DNA of 61,090 nucleotides, counting the filler. It is 8 parts of 8 records of this genome, joined end to end, with 100 filler letters (N's around TTAATTAATTAA, not from the genome) between each part and the next. Parts side by side here need not be neighbours in the genome. Positions count along the whole stretch, not along the records: positions 11,464 to 18,398 come from SRR15195285_38; positions 18,499 to 34,283 come from SRR15195285_39; 6 more parts are not named here. The stretch is one strand, 5' to 3'. Position 1 is the stretch's first letter. Every line of letters starts with the position of its first letter. Shown one piece after another: positions 11,757 to 22,700 of the stretch. Both the position numbers and the translations under genes were made by a program. The notes beneath the pieces were generated by a model that had not been told where the DNA came from, did no database searches, and worked only from the letters and a program-made list of their open reading frames with translations.

Positions 11757-14700
11757 TTACTCATATTCGAAAATGCCAGACTTGTCAATCGCGTGAAAAA
11801 CGATTGGACTGATGCCAGAGATCAGTGCTGCTGCAAAACCCTTGATCGTGTTTTGCCCTAAGACTATAAACCACAACTTTGTCCGCCGATCCTCAGCTCC
11901 CCAGTGCCCCCGCGAGCCAACACGATACTCGTCCCGCACAGTCTGGGCCAAGGTTTCCAGCAGTTTGTAGCACTGTGCTGTCATCGCCTCGCTTTTCGTC
12001 TGCGATGCCTCGCGCAGACGGATATCCGCCCAGATTTGTGACGGTTCTGGCAATAGAGCCTCCACATTGGCCACGCCAAGTGAAGGATCACGATATAACG
12101 GGCGTCCGGTGGGTTCTTCAGATGTAGCGGTCGAGCCATCGAGGTCAGCTGCAGAAGCATGTAGCCCATCATCTGTGGCCTTTGCGTTTATGGCATCAAG
12201 TAGCCGCAAGTCGCTGGAGTCATATATTGGATGCTGCCGTCGAGCCTGGTTGTCCTCGGCTTGCATTAGCAGCTCCACAATGGCATTTTTCGCAGTAGTC
12301 GGATCGTCGTTGCCTACTGGGTCTTCGACATCACCTGCTGCAGTAAGCGCAGCGTTGCTCACACCCAGCTTGCGGGCGCATTCCTCGAGCTCAGTCCTAG
12401 ACATCCGCTCGAGCGCGGGCCGCCTACCTTCATGCTCCATCACAACGGCCTCGTGTCTCGTTTCTAGAAGCTTCTTCAGAGCAGTTTTTGGAGATGCCGT
12501 GTCGTCAACAGCCTTGCGGATGTCTTCGTCACACACGCCTGTGAGCCTGCAGCGTTCGCGCAGCTGAGATACCTTGAGTCGATCTAATCCTTGGATCGAT
12601 TGCAGGTGGAGACCGCCCAATTCGCCGTAATGGTGTTCATGGAGCATGCATTTTTTCCGCGAGGTGGCCGCCCCCTCACTTCCATCGTGCGCAAATGAGC
12701 CGTGAAAAAAGTCGTGCTCGACGAGGTAGTGTGTGCTTTTCTCCAATAGCTCGGCCTGCTTTACCCGCAGGACGTGTGAGAAGCCGATTTGAGTGATGTC
12801 ATTGATGCTTTTGCCAGTAAATAAGATCGCGCTCAGGCCAACCGCAAGCATGCTCGTGGTGCTAAAGACAAACACCGCTTCGATGTCGACGACCTCATCT
12901 CCCCGACGCACCCAGGCTTTGACTGCTTGATAGATGCAAGTCGCAACCCACGCTGAGAGCAGGTACACCACAGACACCTGCAAACGTCGGCTAGACCGCT
13001 GCTCGTAGGTCTGCAAGAAGATTCTAAGCTTGTTCCACGCTACAATATTCGCAGTGGTGTCTAAATCAAACGTTGGCAACAGCCCGTAGTGTTCGTGTTT
13101 CTGGATTACCGCAGCTTCGCCAGCTATCGTCTTACGGTAGGTATGTTTCATCGTGCTCCATGGTGTCAGTTGAATGAAGTATAGCATCCGATGGTACTGT
13201 TCAAAGTAGTCTTCGTAACACCGGTACAGTCGGGAAGCAAGGGCATACGTTAGAACCGCGTTGGCCCAGTACGTTAGTAGATGTACTGTCGGTGTACCTC
13301 CACATGCCGCACACCCCAGGTCTGAACTAATCCCCAAAAACCTAATGTAGGACAGAGGGTTCATCAAGTGCAGCTGGCACGAGCTGGTGGTCGGCTTCGC
13401 CACTCTGTATTTACAGGACGGCCCCGCGGCGCTGCACCACCCCCAAATTGTTGGTGTTGCACCTGGTTTCACCAGTTTGTTGGCTGCACTCTGCAAAGGA
13501 AAAACAAGGTCTGCATCTTTCCAGTCTGCTTCATCTAGCCACTGCTGGTTGAAGCAGATCTTAACGTCCGATTGAAATGGTGCACAGTCGTAGTCTGCAC
13601 CACCGCGCCCGAAGTTTCCCCTGAGGCACACAGGATGGGCATCGGCGCCGTGTTCCCAAGCGATTCTACGATCTTTCGCATCACTATCTTCAATTTCAAA
13701 ACCTGACATGCACTGGCACGGACGACAGTCCACGTCACACTCCAAATGATCGGATCGGACATCGAGGTCTGACACCTGCGCGTCCGTACACTGTGGATCA
13801 TTCCCACCGTGATCATCATCGGTTCCACAGTACCCATGCTTCGAACAGAAATCGCGGCAAATTCCGTGCTGAAGTCGGGTATGGTTGTGCGCATCAGACC
13901 GGCAACCAATGCCGGTAGTCTCATTGAAAGCTGCACATCGTTGCCAAAGACGAGTTGTATCCCTGCAATCTCCGTAAAACCCACAGCGTGTACCAGCGCC
14001 ATCTGTTGTGTTCAGTAAAGCCTGACTGCACAGCTGCCTGTCGTCACGGCTGCATCTGGGAGAAGATGTGTTCTGCGGCACGACGAGCTGGCCCACAGCA
14101 CGTTCGGCATCTACCCATCCAAGAAATTCGGATGGACAGCATTCATATCCCAACGTGTCTCCAGGCGGTACCCGGAACACCTGCGTGCTTGTGCGTCCAG
14201 CGAGTTTGCTTGCAGCAGCTTGGTTGTTGTTGCAGCAGCAGTGCCCCTGCACATCGAGGATAGGGGCGCAGATGTCATCCTTTCCTGTGTCAGAGCGCGA
14301 TGCTTGATGACATTCTGCCGTTGAATTGAACAGGCACTGAATTCCAGGAAGGCCGAGAAACAGGAACGCCATTGCGAGCAGTGTATAGATGGAGAGGAAG
14401 ACTTTGGTGGTCCGGTGGTGTCCTCCAGTTTCATCCGAGACTCTGCTCGGTCTGCTTAGCACGAAAGCTACGATTACTGCCCCAATTCCAAGGTACACGG
14501 CCAACGAGGCAATGAGCGCCGGTATTGTAAATATAAGTGTGTAAATGTAAGGTATCGCTGCATGGCATAACGATATGTACCACAGTGTTCTCCACCACTG
14601 CTCTCGCCTTCTGAATTGCTGCGCCTTGCTAAGATAGAGAATCATCCTGGCGACTCGATCAGCTGAAATCGAGGACCCACCACCGATTTGACATCTATGC

Positions 14701-17700
14701 GACGTCGCCTGGGCCGTCTCTTGCTGCAAGGCCAAGATGTGGTGCGCGAGGTGGGTGGCGGTTGGGTCCGCTTCGTCAAGCAAGCCTAGCCAGGTTTCAA
14801 CGACAGACTGCAGCAATCCGATACTGACGCCTATTGCCACGCCAGCCCAAGGCGCCATTTCTCCTTCTCGCAGAGTTCCTAGTGCCACACCAAGCATCGC
14901 GCCGTATTTCAGGCACTTCCAGTACGTTCTTAGAGAGACGAAGCCTTTCAGGCACGACGGCACCCTCTCAAAACACTTAAAGGTCGATTGGCCACTGTGG
15001 GCAAATACCAGCGTACCGTTGAAATGCTCGAAGAATGGACCTGACGTGATATCTGCAGCGCCGTGAATGTGCTGACGTATCGCCGCTGCCAACTCGTCCT
15101 CTTCCTTCTCATACGCATAGTCCAGCAACTCGTCATTCGTGAGATGTTCGATCTTGCTTTGAATGGCTCGGTTATCAAAATCGCCTTGCTGCAAGGCTTG
15201 GACAGTGGCGCGGGGCCTAGATTTTGCCATCTCAGCTTCGAATTCGGCCTGTGCTTCCGGAGACGACACCAAATGTTTCAAGCAGATCTGCTTGATCTGT
15301 TTCTGTGCTTCAATTACACTCCAGTTTATCTGCAGCGCATTCTGTAGCTTGCTCTTTGCCTCAGATATCTCATCACTGCCCTCGGACTCCACAATGCGGC
15401 GCGCCATATCTGCACCGATTGTTTCGGCTTGAGAATCACTGTGGCTTGGTCCAATTTCACAGAGTGGCCTCAAAAGCGCTTTGAGCGCTTCCAAATCGTA
15501 CGTATGCTGGCCATCTTGCGGCTCGAACTTGACCGCCTTTGTGAGCTTGTCGACGAATTCTGACCGGAAATCGCTCTCTTGTTTCAGGTGTTGTCTGATC
15601 GTCTCAAATGGATACCTGGGTGTGTGAGTTGTGAGCCTGCCTTGGGTTGCGAGTTCCTCCGCTTGCGAGTTGAATGCGTTCTCTACACAGACAATCATCA
15701 ACCCCCGCACAAGTCTGCCGACTTTGTTCACATGCACCTTTTCTTGCGTCTTCCTGAGTGCATCGTTGTACTGGTCGACTAACGCGTCGATGTCTGACTT
15801 CTCAAATTTCTGATAATGAACATCGATGATCTCGGAGCACTGCAGCTCCCGAAATCGCCGAGTATAGCGCTGCGAATATTTCTCGGACTCGAAAGACAGC
15901 CGCCTGAGTTCTCGCACAACAATGTCGGCGAAAGTGTCGTTGAAAGCGTCTGCCCAACTGACATTTGCGACCCCTGTCAGCTTTGCCAGCACAAGTTTTG
16001 TTTTCTTGGTACTGTTCAGGATACTCTGCAGATTGGCATGATCAGAGGTGTCGAGCTCAACAACACAATGGCCCTCTGGTACTTTGAAGTACGGTTTTCC
16101 ATCGTCACTAGTCCTGATCCCCGGCCTGGGCACGTGATTTACAGGCTCCAGCTGTGGATCACGCTGTCGTCGAGACTCCCGGTCTATCACCAAATCTACG
16201 AGCTTTTGTCGTTTTTCTTCTTCAGTCTCACGGGCGATGTTTGCGAGCTCCTCACGTGAGACACCTGCGTCGGCTGCTCTGCGTTCCAGCATGCCCGTTT
16301 CCAGTTCGGAGAGCTGCGCACGAAGGATTTCGCGTTTGGTACCAGTGTCGGGAGGTGGGCAGACGCAGTTATTATCCGTGCACTTGTCTCCACAGCACTT
16401 TGGAATACCCTGGATTTCTAGTTTATTGCTCCCCGACCCTTGCAAGAAGCGACCACCCTTTAGTGCCGATATGTGATCCACCACATCTCCTGGCCTGCCG
16501 ACGACTGTTCCTACCCGACCAACAAACTCGGCAGGTAGAATCAGGCTGGGAGCACTGATTTCAACACGTTCGCCTTTCTTGACAAGTTGTAGAGATGTAT
16601 CTCCATCAAAACGAACGGCTCTAGCATTCTTGGATCGTGCTTGAGTCATGGACCGTCTTGCGTTTGATAACGCCACGTGGACCATCAGCGCACCTGGCCA
16701 CACTCCGAGAAATCCGACGACGAGCGAGATCACGGAAAACTCTCGCAGCCAATCAGTCAAACCATCTGGTGACCAGATCTTAGAATTTGAGAGAAGCCAA
16801 ACTAGGACCAGGAACATACCAATACCGGACAAGGCAGTTGAAACTGCCCGTCCGATCACCCGCGCAACTGCTTGGTGCCTTAGTTTCATATTCTCCGCGT
16901 CGCGCATACCAGCACCGGCCCTGTGCTCAAATGTGCTGGGCTCAGTATAGTACCCAGTAACAACCCAGGCACATATTCCGATACCGACTGACACCAAGCC
17001 CACGACCACAATGGGTGCCTTGGGTCGGTCATCAGAGTTCAATTTCGGACAGCCAAGAATGTAGTAATTGAGATCTATGACATACCAAAGGATCATCAGC
17101 ACCGAGACGACAATTGCGGACGTTCCCCCAACCACTAGGTACGTACTGTGTCGGTCTTTGGCGCGAGCTCGCTCTGTCTCCGACATCACAGGATCGTGGC
17201 CCATTATCTTGATCAATTTTACCCCAAAGGCAAGGATCCTATCGGTCTCCACGCTGTACTCGATGCGCATTCTTCTCGGGTAGCTAGTCTCTTCATGTGC
17301 GTGCACAAGAGCAAGCAGTAGAAAGGCAAACACCGGGAAGTACGTTACACTCAGCGGTGGGTCCACATACGCAGGGAGATCCTGGCCGCCAAACTCTACA
17401 GGCTGTGTGTTTGCAGGAAAGTTCGCCTCGAAAGGGTCCTTTCCGAAAATCAATTGTGACACTGCCCCCTGCTCTTGGCCAGACTTGTCGATGAGTTGCT
17501 TTAGCCGGTGATGAAAATCGGCACTGTGAATTAGAACTTCCCAGACCAGAAGGAAATAGTACATCCAGCCAAGGCACTCTGCACATCTGCGTACTGTGAC
17601 GAGTTTCTGCTTAGGACGCAGCGCTGGTTGCGCTGCCGCGTTGCCACTGCCCTGGTATCGTATCCGCACCCAGCGGTACACAAGTTCCATAAGGTATGCA

Positions 17701-18047
17701 GGAGGGATAGCCGCGCGGAAAACATGCGCAACGAAAGTCATCGTCGCTGCGCCCGTGGGAGGACACGTGGAGCAACCATCCTTACTGTCATCGTCGACGT
17801 ACTCTCGAGCCAGCTCTTGTGAGCGAGCCAGGAACGAAGAGCGTACGCTGCTTGCTGCTGACACGCGTTCACGAGTGAATGTTGTTCTCTGTGCCCACTG
17901 CTCGAAGTTGGATGCAGATCCGGGCTGGCGCGTGGGCTCGAGCTCCTCCAGCTCGGGCTCGGGCTCGGGCTCGGGCTCAACGTCGGTAATCGGGTCTGAG
18001 GGCTCCGGAGTCGCAGGCCGCGTAACATCAAGGAGCGGTGTCTCCAT
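11757..18047 (-). CDS. 2096-aa multi-pass membrane protein with a PHTF-like (7TM ion channel superfamily) C-terminus and a Cys-rich loop carrying a hevein-like motif
   Basis: Single ORF with more than 12 hydrophobic segments. [20 protein letters not shown]...[39 protein letters not shown] resembles the PHTF segment AERTYKQRLLFAKLFGHLT...[48 protein letters not shown] lies at ~13820..13860. The N-terminus has a PEPEPE tract. Confidence 0.7.
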   Translation of the reverse strand: [2096 protein letters not shown]

Positions 18048-18398
18048 TCGGGTCGCGGGCCCGGCGCCCGGGGGAAGGATCAGTGCACCCCCCTACCCAC
18101 GACGCCCAGCGATGCCGTTCTTCACAGACAGCAACCCACTGCACTGCTACCGCGCTCCTGATCAAGCTGCATCTCGAGCCCGCACGCGCGTCGGCGTCGA
18201 GGCGCCGCGGTGAGGACGGACCAATGCTACTACCATTCGGATAATGATACGATATTGCTTTTATTACTACCATCTTCTAATCTATACTAGTAGAAGCAAG
18301 CGGATGCTGCCTGCTTCCATTGCTATATATTCATAGTACCCGATTACGTGCCGGCGCCGGTGGTGACGATGAGACTGCATCAGCTTTTTATTCAGTTC

Positions 18399-18498
18399 NN
18401 NNNNNNNNNNNNNNNNNNNNNNNNNNNNNNNNNNNNNNNNNNTTAATTAATTAANNNNNNNNNNNNNNNNNNNNNNNNNNNNNNNNNNNNNNNNNNNN
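18399..18498. other. Artificial contig spacer
   Basis: N44-TTAATTAATTAA-N44. Confidence 0.99.
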
Positions 18499-18673
18499 AG
18501 GCAGGCAGGCAGGCAGACAGACAGACAGGGATCCCTGCCGCCACCACCCAGAGAGACGGGCTGTGCAGTCGGGGCGTCACCGCGCATACCGTCTTTTCCG
18601 CTCCTGACGTTCTTCTGTGTGTGCTTCGCGTTGTCGTTCGCTCGCTGGGCCGGCTGGGGTGGGTGTGGCGCAG

Positions 18674-19562
18674 ATTGAGGACAACCTCTACGACCTGCTG
18701 GACGTGGCTCCGGACCTGACCGAGGACCTGCTTGGATCAGTCGACCAGCCGCTGAAGACGTGCCTGGACCCGGAGGCGGGGCGCGAATTCCTGCTCTGCG
18801 ATTACAACCGCGATGCTGACTTCTACCGGTCACCGTACACGAACAAGTACTACGACCCGGAGGACCCGACCACGCCTGTCGACGACGAAGAGGAGTACGA
18901 CCGACCGTCGGATGAGCTGCGGAAATATGAGGAGGCCGCGAACGAAGTGTTCGACATGTACCGGGAGCGGTACTACTCCGGGCCGCCCGCCCCGAAGGCT
19001 AGCCTCTCGTCGGCGTACTTCTGGGACCCAGTCGATAGTGACGCTAGCATGGCGGGCTGCATCCTGTTTCACAACGTTGCCGAGACGCCGGTGCGCCTTC
19101 TGCTTTGCCGCACGCGCCGCTGCAGGCAAGCACCCTGCCCTGCGCTGCGCGACAGCTAAGACCGGCGCCTATCCAACTCTGCAGGGCATCGCTGGCACGT
19201 GGGACTCGATCCACGTCGCAGAGGTCACTGAGGGCGACAAGGGGACGTCGAAGTACAAGCTGACCACAACGATCATCTTGCAGTGTGACACAGAGGGGGA
19301 GGGAGTGAAAAACAAGGTGGGTGGCTACAGAATGCAGGTCACGGAGAAAGACATGAAGAACGACGCCGAGAACACGCACTTGGTCAACATCGGCACGATG
19401 GTGCAGGATATGGAGAACAAGATGCTCAGCCAGATGAAAGAGGTGTACTTCGGGAAAACCCAGGAGACGACAAAGAGGCTGCGGTATCTAGATGGCGGCG
19501 CTTCTCGGCAGGCTGGCGCAATGCTTCGCCAAGCTTTCATGGAGGCAGCCGGCGACAAGTGA
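18674..19562 (+). CDS. CAPZB: F-actin capping protein beta subunit, first exon missing; exons 18674..19090 and 19185..19562
   Basis: Hallmark motifs LTEDLLGSVDQPL, FLLCDYNRDADFYRSP, SSAYFWD, GTWDSIHV, YKLTTT, HLVNIGTMVQDMENKM and EVYFGKT. Acceptor CAG at 18671..18673. Phase-0 intron 19091..19184 (GTGCGC..GCAG). Confidence 0.97.
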
Positions 19563-19768
19563 GAAGATCGATTGCTCTGCCATTGCGATGGGGCCACGCT
19601 CGCCAAATGCATGATCGTTACCCACATCGCAACAGCCCTGCTGGGGCCGCATGCAGGAGTTTTCTCGATTTGGTTGCAGATTAGAAGGCGGGCAACAGAC
19701 TGCATTCCGTCGCATCCACTTCAGCGTCGCTCGTACTCCCTACAGCTGTACATCTGAAAATCACGTCA

Positions 19769-22700
19769 TCATGGCAGCAGCGTCACCGTTTCAATTTCGT
19801 TCGTGAGATCCTCCGCGGCTGTAGCCGAACCATCCGGCACGACATCTGTTCCAGCGGGGGCAGTTGGGGGCGACAGCAGCGGAGAGCTTTCCAGCGTGAT
19901 GCTTCTCACCGGGGTGGAACGGCCTGTGCCTCCAGCTGGCCTGGGCTCCATAGGGCGGCGCGGTGACATGACCTCGCTGTTGTCGTCGAGAACGGAGGCA
20001 TCGGCCCTGCTTTCCATCTCATCTGCACTGGTGGGATGCTGCTCGGGGTCCAACCCGGCCTCCATTAGCTCCGATTCATCTAGTTGCAGAGTGCTGCTGT
20101 TTTCTATCACGTCGTCCAGCTCCCGGTCGTACTTGGCTAAGAGATCCTCCACGCGCGATGCTTTCGTGCGCATCCCAGTCTTTTGCTCAATTAGCCGTTC
20201 TTGCACGCTTTCCGACAGCGCCGAACCATCCTGCAAGGCACCCAGTTTCTTCTTGGCCTTCTCAATTGCCTCCTCGTACATATCCATGATCGCATCGTAC
20301 GTAAGATTGTTCTCCAAAAGTTCGTCACTAAGATCGTGCGTCATAGGGTCCTCTAGACCTTGTGAAATCGGTGCACCTGAGGTGACCTGCTGCACGTCGA
20401 CCTTAAATGCCTCAACAAGCTTGTCAAATCTACTCATGGCTACGTTAAGCTTCACGTTGAGAATCTCGCGCTCTTCTTCATCGTCCACCTGCTGACGTTC
20501 GTACACATGCTTTTCCATGATGTGACTGTTCTTCATCGCATGGAACGCCTCGACGATGTTGTCAATGATTTCTGCCTGGGCCGCAGTCAGAAATTGCGTG
20601 AAGGTCGCAAGCTTGAGGCTGGCTTTTGCCAGCTGTCGTTGCTTCTTCGCCAGCTTGCGGCTTGCCTTTGCGACGGCAATACCCGACGCAAACTTCTCTG
20701 CACCGCTCGAGGCTGGAGGACCCAGACTGATCATCGCCTCTCCCGCTGCCGATTTGTTGGTGCTGTTGCTGATGTGGGAGCGTTGCTGCAAAGCAAGCTT
20801 GAATGCACCCGCAGCCTTCGTTCTTGTTGTCACGCTTGTTGTCAGGCTCGCCCATCTGGACTCTTTGCCAAACGCTACATCCTGGTTGAGCACTTCAGCC
20901 CCTGGATCCATTGTCGTTTGCTGAATGCCTTCGGCTGCCCTTTCGATCTCATCTTTGTCTTTTGCCAATTGATCTTCTTCTGAAAGCCCCCCAAGCTTGA
21001 TCATATCAGGGGTATCTATGCTCAGTTCGTCCCCTGGCTTCTCATCTTTCTCTCTGTGCAGGCCGTGCCACCGACGTTTGGCGTGGCCAACGACTAACAC
21101 ACGGATCGGTTCCACGGCGACCAAGTGTATCGCCACGGACAATGCGCAGCCGTGCAACCACTGCATCGTAAATGCTGCGCTGAGCTGCACAATATGGACG
21201 GCGATGACCACCGCGCAGCACGCCCCGATTGCAAGGATCGAAAGGTACACGCCGACGATGATACGCCTCGAGTGGACCGCCGGATCGTCAAGCTGAGGCG
21301 AGTAGTCGGGAATCTCTCGCACAAACGTCAGCGCGTCCTGCATGTCTTGTACATATCTACCCTGGTCATCGATACTAGTCTTGCCGAGCCTTTTCAGCTC
21401 TCTCTGCGCTACTATTTTCAACTTCGGCAGTGGCATTGCGCGCAATTCTTTCTTTCGTTTCTGGATTCGCTTGTAGTCTTCGCGGTAACGTACAGATTTG
21501 CGGAGTAACAAGTCTATGATCGTCGCTTTTCGTTTGTCGTCCAATTTCTTCAGAGCTTGCCTCCGCATTTGCGGCGCAACAGGAATATGGGACCCAGATT
21601 CGGTTGTGTACCAGACTTTCCTTTTTGGTAATGCCGGCAAAGCATCTAGGTCGTGAGCATTCTGAACTGCAGCAGCCATATCTACTTGCTCAGCGCCATC
21701 AATCTGCAAGCTGCCAAGCTCAGTCGGCAGCCGCATTAGTCGCCTCGATGAACGTTTCGTAAACGCGCGCTTGCTTCCGACGGCTTTTACGTCCATTAAA
21801 GCCTTCTCACGCTCCCTTTTCAGCGCATCACTTTCAGCTTCACGAAGCAAGGTACCTTCTACCCGCAACATGTCGAGAAACGGACGATGGAGATGATCAA
21901 GGAGTTGATGCACGAGAAGCGAAAGTATTGCCACAATGAAAGTCGTCAGCATCACAGCATGTACCTCACTCGGGACGTGCTCGTCACAGAAGTCGGAACA
22001 ATTCTGGATGGCACCACGCGGGCCAACCCGTGATGATGCTCCCTCAAATGGACCGACGGCGCAGTGTTCACACCCATTTGCTGAGAAATAAGTTTTACAC
22101 TCACACTCCTGAATTTGCTGCTCTATTGTGACAGCACTGCAGTTGGTGGACAATCCATGTACATCTGGACGACCCTCACAGACATCGATTGTGGGAAAGA
22201 TAGGGTTTTTGTAAAACATTAGCCCCACTGCCATGGTGCACAAAATTGCAACCAATATGATGACGACACGCTGTGCGCGGCTGGTCGGGTCGCCTACCAG
22301 AGGAATGCACAACGCACCAATATTCCACTTTGTGCGCAGCATTATCTCAGTGTGAACATGTTCCTGAAACGCTACGGTGGAATCAAAGCCTTTCAATGCA
22401 AATATCGCATCTGCATAATCGCCTTGTTTAATTGGATCGCCCGTAGCTTGTTCTTTGACCAGTCTCCTGGTGCGTGTGGCGCTGAGCGCCAAGTACCTCC
22501 AAGCGCTGCCACTGCAGCAAAACAATAGGCAGGCCAGGATTGCACCTGTGACGCTGAGCCCGATCGTTCCCTGTTCCCAACTTTCGAGCCGAAACGTTTG
22601 TATGAGCGATGGCAATTCAGCGGCTTGCGGAGCTGCGCCTATCATGGCACCGAAGTCAGTTAGATGGTTGAAGCTGCACAGCATGAAATTCGGTGTCTTC

